Assembly: GCA_030704615.1 (NCBI GenBank)
Contig: CM060731.1
Location: 6,324,001 to 6,388,000, forward strand
Length of the DNA: 64,000 nt
Reading direction: 5' to 3'
Origin: Takakia lepidozioides
Taxonomy: Eukaryota > Plantae > Bryophyta
A program made the translations under genes and the position numbers. Below the pieces are notes generated by a model. The model saw nothing but the letters and a program-made list of their open reading frames with translations, was not told the DNA's origin and made no database searches. This document shows, piece by piece, positions 26,101 to 37,109 of the stretch. How positions within the stretch are numbered: position 1 is the first letter of the stretch; each line of letters starts with the position of its first letter.

Positions 26101-27960
26101 CTCCTCTTTCAATTGCCTCAATCCCAGACTCCTTCAAACTCCTACATCGCACAGACAATGATGTCACTTTGGTCCTGGCCTCCCACAATTTGAACCTCAA
26201 CTGCCTCAACTCCTGTCTATTTTTGTAAACTTGTTTGACAATCTCGACATTTCCAAGATATGACAACCTTCTTCCCTTGCCAGTATCTCTCTCCCCTCTA
26301 CATTCCATGGCACCTCTTTCTCTATATACCCTCATTCTGAAGTCATTTTCCAAGGGAATGGAAGAACATGCTGAACATCTCAAGTTTGGAAATGGCTCCC
26401 CATCCAATGACACTCTAAAACAATCCGCATGCCGAAACGTACCAACAACCTTATGCTCTTGATTGTTTAGAGTGATGGTTGCATGTGTCAATGGCTCGAC
26501 ATACCACTTCTTTCATCCCTTCCTATCTTGAAGGAATGGTTTCAGACTTATTCTCTTATGGTTGTACTCCCACCATTCATCCCATAGGCCCCAACACAAA
26601 CTGTCTCTTCCTTTGTTGCATTGGGACCTTTGCTGTAATTCTCAATCCTCAATCAGATCTGCCCGTTGGGCAGCGTCAACACAAGTGTATGGAGTTTGTG
26701 ACGAGGATGCTCTCATTGTTGATGCCACAATTGGATTGTCAAGTGGTGGGGACGGCAAGGTAGGTTGACTGACCAAGAAAGAGCTTAGATCCCGTTGCTT
26801 TACATCTTTGGCAATCATAGGCTTTGGAGGCCTTCCTCTCTTTTTGCACAGTCCTTCACTACTTCCAACCTTCTGACAAATCTCTGCATCGACATGAGTT
26901 TTTCCTTTCACATGCTTTGTCAAAGAAGATTGCAAAGAACCTGTCCTTGGAAACAAGAGTAGCCACTTCGAATCAAGTGGGCACCTAATCATTATAGAAC
27001 CCAACTGCGAATAGTCTCCAATTGTGGCTTCCACAATCTCAAATCTGTTTCCAGGATTGTCTTCACAAAACCGAGCGATTTCCTCTAATGCCTCCTTCAC
27101 CCTGTTCTTCTTTGCATCTAATGCTTCATTTGCATTTACAGGGCTGATGACACATTGTGATGAACCCTTCCCATGACGCCTCTCATAGGCTATGCGATGT
27201 CCCTCACTCCTCAAATGAGATCTCATAACGTTTGCACATGCATCATATGGTTTGTTTTTCCCAGACCGTGCATAAACATCCTCACACTCAACACACCATA
27301 TGTGGAACATTGCTTGTCCTTGTTGATCCTTTGTCATCAGCTCAAACTTGTCACATTGTCCTTCTGCAGAGATTTTCCTTTCAACGACTCTAATCTCTTT
27401 CTGTCATTTTTGAATATCGTTGGATGTAGCCAACATGCTGCACAATCTACCAGATCTCTGCTGAAGTGCATGCTCATGTGCATGGTCTTCATTTCCACCA
27501 TCGCTAGCAAAGGGTGTATCAGGGTCCATCCTCATCTTTTTAGACACTGGTGCCGGGTCCTCGCCTGGTTTGTCCTCATGCAAGATCGTAGAACCACTGG
27601 AAGATTTTTCAATCCTTGGTCCCCATCATTTTGGTCTGAAATCTTAATGTGTACAGTATCCCCTTTCAGAACCATCCTCTCTTCCTGCTTGGCTGAAAGG
27701 ACACTACCCCCCATGGAAAGGAAATGAAATTTTCCTGAGACAAGCTCATCACCTAGAATTTCTCCTCGGATGCATTTGTATGTGACACCTTGCATAGTGA
27801 ACACAGAACCAAGCCTGTTTGGTGATGCATCTCCTCCAACGAGTAGGACTTTTACTTCCAACTCTTCTTCCATGATGAGTTCACCTGCAAAATGCAATGA
27901 AAACATTTCAAATCAGACCTTGATAGACCAATAACAAAGCACCCGGGTTGGAAGGTTCCA
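23167..27960 (-). mobile_element. P-element/THAP9-like DNA transposon with fragmented transposase gene
   Basis: ORF pieces 27532-27906, 26642-27337 (two C2H2-like fingers), 25928-26491, 24861-25802, 24514-24846 and 23431-24303. Catalytic motifs are in P-transposase order: AEDET, HASDGD, DQDFIHNGKK, DRQNWAAAQRL, GSDVCEIFFS. A terminus-like CCCGGGGGGTGCACTC lies at 23167 with ACCCCCT subterminal repeats. There is a frameshift in the A-run at about 24850. Confidence 0.75.
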
Positions 27961-28199
27961 AAGTCCTGTTTTATACAACCCTATAGGCTGTCCAAGCAGG
28001 GACGACGTTGATAAGAGGATGAAATGTATACAGAAGCAAGTACCTGATTGATGAGTTTGACGTTGCTAATTCTTGCTGCTGCTATTGACCAAATGCTGCT
28101 GCATGAAGAAAGCTCACCTTGTTGACAATATTGTCCCACTGTTGTGGATCATATTTATAGAGCTCCTGCCAGCGCTGTTCCTTGCTCCAAATCTGGCCC

Positions 28200-28800
28200 T
28201 CTTGGATGATTTTGCACCCACGATCCTCTCCCTACATCAACAGCTACCCCTCCCTCCACACTAACAATGCGTACATCATGCCTCTGCAGCTGCTACAGTG
28301 GCTTCCAGTTGACCAGATACCCATGCAGGTTTCTTGTAGCTATCCTTCCACATGGAATCATAGGTAATCTGGAGCTTGGAATCCGGCCATCTGGAAATTT
28401 AGGGACGACTCTGATAACAGGGAAAAACAGGCTGAAATGTGTTGAAGAAGGTACCTTCATTAGCAGTCCCTTGTTCTATCAATTGCGCTGCTGCCGCTGC
28501 TATTTCCAGTTGACCATCTACTCACATTGTCCCACCACTGACTGGGGTCAGAGAAGTATTCATTCCTTGAAAGCTTCTCTCCATCTCTGTTATCTTTTTT
28601 TAGGTACTGTCATGCTGCCACCTCGGCAGTAACTTGCAAAGTCACTTCAAAGCACCGCAGATCCACCCAACGAGCTAACTTACAGAATTCAATACATATG
28701 CTTCAGGGCTGAGTCTAATGAGAGGAAAAACAGGCTGAAACAGGTCAAACCAGAAGGTGCCCTCAGGCTGAAATGTGTTGAAGAAGGTACCTTCATTAGA
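28200..28800 (-). pseudogene. 5' fragment of a second PPR paralog
   Basis: 28300-28390 is homologous to 30360-30450, the N-terminal region of the neighbouring PPR pseudogene. A direct repeat of about 35 bp (aggctgaaatgtgttgaagaaggtaccttcattag) occurs at about 28430 and 28766. Confidence 0.5.
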
Positions 28801-30458
28801 TCATTTCGTTCGGGCATTTTGATGAACACTTGCTGAGCATCAACACACTCCCACATTTGCAATACATGCTGAGAAGGGCAGTTCCCACTTTGCCATCCGA
28901 CTCAAATCCAGTTTTGATCAACCCTGCATGGAGGCCCTTGCCCTGTTCCAAGGCTATTGGGGTAATACATGCATTCAAGATGCTCATGAAGGTGATTTTC
29001 ATTTGGCTCCATACCTTCTCGTTGCATTTGCTGAAAAAGTTTGAACGCCTCCTCACCATGCCCTTGCTATGTTAATCCTACAATCATCGCATTCCATGAG
29101 ATCACATTTCTCTTAGGCATTTTGTCAAACACTTGACAGGCATGCACCACATTTCCGCACTTGCAATACATGCTCACAAGGGCATTCCCCGCCTGGATAT
29201 CTGACACCAAAGCAGCTTTGATGATGCTTGCATGGAGCAGCTTGCCCTATTCTAGAGCTAGAGGGTTGGTGCAAGCAGTAAGGATGTTAATGAAAGTGGC
29301 CTTGTCAGGCTTCACACCTTCTCCTTGCATGCGTGCAAAGAGTTTGAATGCTTCTGCACCTTGCCCTTGCTGAACTAATCCTGCAATCAAGGCATTCCAT
29401 GAAACTACATTTCTCCGAGGCATCTTATCACACACTTGGAGCGCATTAGCCACACTCCCACACTTGCAATACATGCTCAGATGGGCATTCCCCACTAGAA
29501 TCCAGCAACAATGATGCAGGCCTGGAGCCAATTGCCCTGCTCCAGAGCTACTGGGAGGGAGCACGCATTGAGAATCCCAATAAATGTAACCTCGTTAGGT
29601 TTCACTCATTCTAGTTGCATATGTCGAAAGAGGTCGAATGGTTCTGCACCATGGCATTGCTGAGCTAATCCTGCAATCATTGCATTCCATGAGATCACAT
29701 TCCGTTTGGGCATTTAGTCAAACACTTGGCGTGCATGCACCACACTCCCGCACTTTGCAATACATGCTAATAAGGGTGTTTCCAACAAAAATGTCTGGCT
29801 CGAACTCATTATTGAGAATGTGGGCATGAACCCCCCCTTGCCAATTGCCAAAGCTTTTGTTTTAGCACATCCCTGAAGAAGGCAAGCACAGGTCTGCTCA
29901 TATGTCTCCAAAGCATTCCTACGACACCTATGCTTGGTAAATCTTTCCAACGTAATATTCCACGTGATCAAAGGTCATTGAGGCATTCTGTTGAACACTT
30001 GGTGAGCATCCCTGATGCTCGGCACTTAACATGCATATTGACAAGGGTACGTGTTGAGTAGAAAAACATCTGTCGTGAACCCACTTTGGATAAAGTGAGT
30101 GTGCACCTGCTTTCCAGCTTTCGAGACCTTCCATCTTGATGCACTTAAGCAAGAGACAGACATACATATTTGAATCTGCTAAAATGCCTCCTTGGTTTAG
30201 AATCTGTAGAGCCGTTGTCAGGCTGTCTGCCGCACAAAGTATCTTCACATGCCCAGAAATGTCAGAAGAGGCATTGTGGACTCCCTCTCTTGATCCTCTT
30301 TCAGAAGCTGTGGTCATGGTTGAGGTGCCTGATTTTATCATCTGTGCCGCTGCAATAGCTGCCTTTAGTTTACCATCTACCCATGTAGGTTTCTTGTAGC
30401 TACTGACCCACATGGAATCAAGGTAATCTAGAGCTTGAAGTCCAACCCTCGTGGATGA
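28800..30458 (-). pseudogene. PLS-class PPR pseudogene
   Basis: Fragments in different frames (ALLSMYCKCGSV, RNVVSWNALIAGLVQQGQG.EAF.LF..MQ.EGVKPDK.TFI.IL.AC, MYVCLL.KCIK) with many frameshifts. The 5' side is cut by an LTR insertion. Confidence 0.88.
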
Positions 30459-31509
30459 ACACTTATACGGGATCTGTAGGGTACCCTTAATTTTTGCACA
30501 GACTGAGACCAACAGGAGCCTTAGGGGTGACAGCAGCGCACTGTAGAAGGGGGTTACACAGCCAACACAGCCGTTACAGTCGTCACAGCCAACACAGCCA
30601 ACACAGTCGTCACAGCCGACACAGCCAACACAGCCGTTACAGTCGTCACAGCCCACACAGCCAGCACAGCCGTCACAGTCGTCACAGCCGACACAGCCAA
30701 CACAGCCGTTACAGTCGTCACAGCCGACACAGCCAACATAGCCATCACAGTCGTCACAGCAGACACAGCCGACACAGCCCGACACAGCCACACAGCCAGT
30801 CATAGCCCGACACAGCCAAACACAGTCGCACAGTCAGTCATAGCCCGTCACAGTTTCACACAGCCAGTCACAGCTTGACACAGCTGTCACGATCATAGGG
30901 AACGAAGAGTAGGACAGGGAACGACTGTGGGGAACAACACCTGCGAAGGGAACATGTTAGTTCACAGACGACGGTTAGTAAGGTAAACGGTTAGAACCGC
31001 AGATAGGAAGATAAAGGGAGAAACGGGGAATTGAGGGACATCATTCGGAGGAGGACTTCTTGGTGATAGAGAAGAGGGGATCGGGCAAAGATGAAGAACG
31101 GAAGTGAAGATAGAGAGATGATGAGTAGATGCTTGATATATGCAAGGCTGTAATGATATTGTAGAGTAGATTAGAGACACAATGGCTTCGGCCTGATACC
31201 TGATAAATCATAATCGGATACTTTTACGATCACACTGTGTAGAGAGGTCTGAGTGAAGCTGTGGAATGAATGGATGAGTTGATGGAATCCAATAGATTGA
31301 TAAAGCAAACTGATACTTAATTATCAATGGTAAGATAGTTAACATGAATACCAAAAGGGAAACAAATACGAAACACCCCCATGATACACTAGCTGTAGGT
31401 CATGACTGATTGTTCTGCGCGGGCTGAGTACTTAGAGATTTCCAACTCTTCAATCTTGGAGTTTCCGCCTCGAATAGCGAAGGGATGGGTGAGTAAAAGC
31501 CGCGCGACA
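30459..31509 (+). mobile_element. Solo-type LTR of the family at 60081-61019 (inverted relative to it, lacking the first ~25 bp)
   Basis: It is colinear with the reverse complement of 60081-60994, from acacttatacgggatc to gccgcgcgaca. Homology stops exactly at the terminal CA. Confidence 0.85.
30556..30885 (+). repeat. ACAGCC-based tandem array (9-bp subunits, about 36-bp higher-order unit) inside the LTR
   Basis: acacagcca/acacagccg/ttacagtcg/tcacagccg subunits are repeated over about 330 bp. Confidence 0.95.
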
Positions 31510-33900
31510 AGTGTGTGGTCTCTTCCTGCCATCAAACCATCCAATACCAGTCAAGATCCCTAGCTAGTAGAAATCAAGATTTAACATCAGCTCTGATACC
31601 AAAAGAAGGGGCGTGAATCCCCTTCTGTGCAAGTCTAGTTGTGCTCCTCCCCAGGTCAATTGGAGGGAAGGAAAGGAGCTCTCCTCTCAGTGATCCAACC
31701 ATCGTCACTCGGTGTGGGTTTCCCTCAGGTCCTTCATGATCAGAGTTCACACAATCCTCATCCACGCCGCAGCGGAAGAGAAGACATGGATGGGGAGTCT
31801 GTATTGTTTTCACCCGTGGTTCTACTTCTACACGACATCCTCTCCCTGGTACACTGCACCAGCCATGTTACCATGCTGTCTTCAGTGATGCAACCAGCCC
31901 TACGTCAGTGATGACCACTGCCCTTGTGGGCAGCTCCCTTGGTCAGCAACACGTGGAAGCCCCTTTGTAATAAGATCACGATTTAGAAGGAGGCAACTCA
32001 GATCTGCCATGAGTTGCAGGCCCACCAGTTTGGCCCTTCATGGGTTCATGCTTTCTTTATCTTACCGCCCCAATCATCCATTCCTCTCCATCCCCTCTTG
32101 CTGGTCAGCTCTCTCCCTTATGTCCTTTTCTCTCTCCCTCTCTCTTTCTTTCAGGGTGAGTAGGTTCCTCACTCTTTCCACTGTAGCATGTCTATGATGC
32201 AATGCAATGCGCATTCAGCCAAGCATCCAGTGCACCCAGCATTGAAATCAACCTTGGTCACACAAGATATAATCAGCCCTTTTATCAGTCCCTCTCTTGC
32301 CAATGACAGATGCTTCACACTCCACTTTTCCCAGGTGTAGCCATTTGCCCAAGACAGCTCTCAACCCTTCTACAGGTCTCAATTTACACACCCTGACAAC
32401 TCTCTTTTTCCCATCAACTGTGAACCTCAATGGTTCACATGCTGAGAGCACCCTGAGAATCAGATCCAAACCCAAACAGATGTTGGTTTTTCTGCCCCAT
32501 CCACATCATCCCTTCTTGTTGTTTCCAAACAGTTCTATCTAACTCTCACTGGTTTCCTCTACCTACTAAGCTAGTTCCACATTGACTGCAATGTGTCAAC
32601 ATCCCTGGCTAGATTGTTTGTACAAGCTCATGATGCTGAAACAAAGAACAAGAATACAACAGCAGCAACCATTCTGTCCCAGCAACGAATCAACCCTGTT
32701 TCCATTCATTTTTCCTACTGTACAATGTAACAGCAGGTGCATCCATCTCCAGTCCATCCTGGTTTGAAGTCCAGTGTCTTCATTCCATTTCCAAAGCTCT
32801 TTTTCTTCCTCACATGTCAGTGTCTCTTACTACATACAAGAGACAGTCCAAACTTCACAAAGCGATTTCTAAGTCACCAAAAAAGGGGGGCCACTCTTCA
32901 AACGTATCTGTCTTATACTCATTGAAGCGGTGGGTCTGCCTGTCAAGAAGGCACCTTGTCCTCTCCCTCGTCAGCCATTTCCGACATTTCTTCTTATCGT
33001 GATTCCAGTCCTCATTAAGGCATGACGGCTCTGCTTCAGCTGCTGGCACATCCTTGTGCCTGCCAACCTCTACCCTATCCTTCTACATGTGCATTTCTTC
33101 CCTATGAAATGATCTGGTCCTATAGCCCTTAAGACAGAGAGCAGATACAAAACTTAATTATAGATAGCTTAAGCGCCATACACACCAGAAGGCGGCACCG
33201 CTTCCTCTTGCACAGAATGCCAAGCCAGATCCCTTAACGTCGCTCTTTAAGGCAAGCTGATTCCCTTTGCGCAGGTGGAACTTCCTAAGATATGTTGTAC
33301 TGCCAACACCACTGCAGCAGCTGCGAAAAGATGCTTACATTCTTCCCTTACAAAGTGATCTGGTCCTAAAGCTCAAAAACAGACAGCAGCTACAAGATTT
33401 GATCACAGACAACCTGAGGCGCTATACACACCAGCCTGCATTTCTCATCCCCCAACACCTGCTGAGCCGCTCCATCTCCTCATTAATGTGCTCATCAAGA
33501 CAATGGCGACAGCAGTGGTGCACCGCCCTTATCACAAACCTGATCCCTCAGGTTTGATCATTGCTTACAAAGAAGGCGGCACCGCTTCTTCTTGCACAGA
33601 AAGCCAAGCAGGAGCTCTTAACGTTTCTCTTAAAAGCAAGCTCATACCCTTTGCGTAGGTGGAACTTTCTCAGATATCCTGTGCTGCCAACACCACTGCA
33701 GCAGCTGCGAAAAGATACACGCACTCTTCCCCTTCGAATTTCACATCCTGCTTCTAGGGTTCAACATCATGGATGAAAATCATTCATCCTAGGGATGAAA
33801 AAGGTGTATGTCATAACTTAGCCATATTTTGTTCTTGGCAGATCAATAGCATAGTCTTTCCATGGAATTACCTCAAGTTATGGACAATTCCTCCCCTTCA
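31510..33900 (-). mobile_element. Putative 5' part of another LTR retrotransposon: LTR-like region, tRNA-Met PBS and first codons of gag
   Basis: TGGTATCAGAGC lies on - at 31590-31601, followed by ATGGCAGGAAGA (MAGR) cut by the LTR insertion. A GAAGGGG/CCCCTTC hairpin is adjacent. Degenerate repeats of about 245 bp lie at 33090-33735, and a PPT-like GAAGGGGAGGAA followed by TGT lies on - at about 33885-33899. LTR ends are not clean. Confidence 0.5.
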
Positions 33901-33997
33901 TTAGCACGAAGGGCACTCCCTTTGTAGTAGTGCCGAAACCTGATGCCAAACAAAAACTTGAATTTTTACCCCCTGCATTCATTTTTACGAGTAAATT

Positions 33998-34840
33998 TTG
34001 GAGGGCACTTTGGAAGAAGATGGGGACAAGAAGATGAGCACCGCCTTCCGACCTACGACCGACGGCCAAACAGAAAGAGTGAATTCCATAGTGAAGCAGA
34101 TCTTGCGGAATTACGTGTCGGCAGACCAAACAGACTGGGTGGAACATTTAGACGCGGCAGAGTTCTGTTATAATAACACAGAACACTCCGCAACGGGAGT
34201 TTCCCCTTTCGTATTGGTCTATGGAAAAGCACCTCTGGTGCCGACAAGTTGGGCCGCCCAGGACATTGAGGAACCGGCAGTAGCGGCGGTACTGGAAGAA
34301 CGCGAGCGTTTGTTGAAGCTCGCAAAGTACAACATTGTCAAAGCTAGGAAACAGTATGAAAGGCAGGCGAATCGGAAGCGGAGGGAAGTGAAGTTTGAGG
34401 CAGGCACGGAGGTCTGGTTGAACATCAAGAATTTCCGACTACCTCCGGAAGTGAGTCCAAAGTTTGTACCTCCGTATGCGGGACCCTTTCGCATCCGGAA
34501 GGTTATGAATGAGGATGTGTATGAATTGGAGCTGCCGGCAAACAGCAAGGTGCATCCAGTATTCCACGTCTCCATTTTGAAGCCTTACTTCAAAGATGAA
34601 GCACGTCCGAATCGGCATCAAGTGTTGCGTCCGCCACCTGTGCTGTTGGATCATGAAAATGAACCTGAGTACGAGGTGGAGGCAGTACTTAAGTCGAGGA
34701 GGTTCAAGAATCGAGAAACGGAGTATCTCGTCAAATGGAAGGGCTATCATCTTGTGGAGGCATCTTGGGTGCGTGCCTCAGAAATGGGAAACGTATCCGA
34801 GGCGGTTGCAGTTTTCGAAGGGCGACCTCAAAAGCGGTAG
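33998..34840 (+). mobile_element. Chromovirus (Tcn1/Tf2-like Ty3/Gypsy) integrase C-terminus with SH3 and chromodomain
   Basis: STAFRPTTDGQTERVN, AEFCYNN, TGVSPF, GPF.I, HPVFHVSILKP (GPY/F), EYEVEAVL....ETEYLVKWKGY....SW. A PPT AGGGGAGGAAA follows at 34873-34883. Confidence 0.93.
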
Positions 34841-34883
34841 AAGCGTTGATGGGGACATCAACCTTGGAGCGTAGGGGAGGAAA

Positions 34884-35595
34884 TGCATGCTTAGCCCGGC
34901 TTAGCTAGCTTAGGAATCCGATTGCAAAAACTTGTATTGTACAAAAATTTGTCAGAAAGGAAATGGGTTCCAAATGTTGTGCGTCATATTTTGTTTGGAA
35001 TGGTGATGAATGGTGTGGTTGGCTAATGTGTAGAATGCATGCTAGCTTACAAAAATGGGAGAGGTAAATTGGGTTAATCGTGTGTTTGCGTAGTGCCAAA
35101 ATCAGGTGACTCCCATCCAAGGGGCAAGGAAACTTGCGCCTTCTTTAGGAGTTCACGTGCTAGTGCGCACCTGGCGCGTGCGCATACTATAACTGCGCTA
35201 CCGAGGGGGTTGCTTTGTAGTGCGGGCTAACGCGGAAGCTACGTGCTTCCGTTCATGTACTATAATCGTGTAGCCTCGGGACAAAGTCGTAGTGTGGCTT
35301 CGGCGTGTTCCCGTACCTCAGGCCAGCATTCCAAGGCGGACCCAATTGTAGTGATTGGGGCGCGCGGTTGGTTCAAGGTTATCTTCCTAGTCAAAGAGGG
35401 TTCGAGGTGAACCCTTGCTCAAGGTGATGCCAAAAGCAGCATCATGAGCGGTCGCAAGCAATGTTGTTGCAGTAAGGCGATTCGATCCTCGGGGAGGATC
35501 GTTCCTTGGCCTTGAAATAGGCCAAGAAGAGTGCACTGGGAGGAGTTTGAGAGGCTCCACCCTTGACCGAGACTTGGAGGAAGTCGGTCAAACTA
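34884..35595 (+). mobile_element. 3' LTR of the chromovirus fragment, with a dense hairpin array
   Basis: It begins with TG immediately after the PPT. At least 8 adjacent inverted repeats lie in 35160-35591. Confidence 0.65.
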
Positions 35596-35599
35596 GCTA

Positions 35600-36376
35600 G
35601 TGGAGAGTAGAGTCAAGTGTGGGGTTTGGTTCTTTGCCATGGGACGCCATGCTACGGAAACAAACTCCTTGATGTGGGACGCCACAACTTGGATGTTCGT
35701 TTCCACAAAATGGACAAGCCGATGAGGACATCGACTCCGTGTTGGTAGGGGTGTGTGTCACGGCCCTTTGCCTTGAGGGCAGGGGGTCGGGACACAAGAG
35801 GGGCTGCCCCTGTGGTGGGGGCAGTGGCAGCGATAGGTATGGGGGGCTGAAGCACCCTTGACTGCCCAAGGCACTCAAGGAGGCGGAGGCGCTCACTAGG
35901 TGGAGCCCCGCACACCGGGTTGCGGTGGGGGTGGCTCCACAAGGGGTGGTGGTAGCTTAGCGGGACTGAGTGGGGGTGACATAGGACTCACCCTGGGGCG
36001 GAGACCTCGTGGTGGGAGTCGTGGGGAGTCTTGGGACTCATCACGGTCCATAAGGGCCGTGGTGGGTGGGCCAAGACTCACCGCGACTCATCACCGGGAG
36101 TCGAGGGTGTTCGTGGTGGTTCGCCATACAATGACATGGTTGTTTGTGAAACCCCCGCGGACAGCTACAGAAGTATATATAGGGAGTAGTAACCCCGAGA
36201 ACGGTGCAAACCCATTGGTGACCAAAAACTAGTGAGTAAACGAGCGAGCCGGAAAGCGACCAAAGAGTGGGGAGCTGTTCTGGACTGCCAACTACCAAAG
36301 GGAATTCCGCTGGTTCCAAATCGTTGGAGGGTTCTTTGGGAGATCAAAGGGGGACCGTTATGCCCCGGTGAGCACA
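35600..36376 (+). mobile_element. Putative unrelated LTR fragment truncating the methyltransferase domain
   Basis: GC-rich non-coding segment with a TATA box (gtatatataggg, about 36173). It ends in ...GAGCACA where methyltransferase homology stops. Confidence 0.4.
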
Positions 36377-37109
36377 CACTGGCCATCATCCTGGTCCAAG
36401 AATCGCCCATCAGTGGCACATTCTCCAAGATGTATGCTGGAGATACAGCTTGATGAAGCTGCAAGTGGCGCAAAACCCGCACCATCTCCCAAAACAGACC
36501 CGACCTCGAGTCTCGCAATCCATTGTCATGCCCGGCTGATGAATGCCCTTGGCAGGGCCAACCTGCCACTACCAGATCAATGGAGCCAACCCGGTCTAAA
36601 TCTTGTGCCCTCAGCAACGAGATGTCTGCTGGCAAGGCCTGCTGATATCCACGAACTCCAGCCACCGGCAACAACTCAGGGTACTGTTGCACCAACTGAG
36701 CAACATGGCGTAGGGAGACGCGTCGTGCAGTCTCATCCCTCTCCACATACAAGTAACGCCGTACTCGTACACCTGCCTGTAGAACAACAGCCAATCCGGT
36801 GCTGATCCCGCCAAACAAGTCCATAAGGCAAATGCCTTCATCCAGACACTGCCACACGATCAGTGTGGTGTCCAATGGTGACAACTGAGGTGGTCCTGGT
36901 GCAATCCCCGCACTGTCCTCCTCTCCTGACGGTACCAAAGCCTCTACCCAGGCTTGTTGCACCCGTCGATCAGCAACCCTCTGCAAATCCTTGCTCGTGC
37001 CCCACAATGGAGTCTGAGCAACCATGGCAGGCAACTTCGCCATATCATACATGTCATCCGTTTCTCCTGGAGGTATGTCATCCTCTGAATGAACATTTCC
37101 CTTAAGCAA
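36377..37109 (-). CDS. DNMT3-like C5 cytosine methyltransferase domain within a Gypsy polyprotein, 3'-truncated
   Basis: Motif I LMDLFGGISTG, motif II YLYVERD, motif III ADIS, motif IV IDLVVAGWPCQGHS, the GL.D.RSGLFWEMVRVL segment, and motif VI YILENVP. Motifs VIII-X are absent. Confidence 0.92.

Noticed and set aside
29928-30803. Cys-rich metallothionein-like ORF (GCVGCDDC repeats), and similar His/Ser-rich ORFs at 30494-30805 and 60694-61020
   Set aside because: These are translation artefacts of the 9-bp ACAGCC array in an LTR. Several frames on both strands are open, and the ORF runs chimerically into a PPR pseudogene.
35160-35591. Hammerhead ribozyme / retrozyme
   Set aside because: No CUGANGA...GAAA core was found in a suitable stem context on either strand.
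36165-37109. Bacterial restriction-modification methyltransferase or contamination
   Set aside because: The domain is embedded in a Gypsy gag-protease frame within plant sequence, has DNMT3-like motifs, and has no neighbouring endonuclease.
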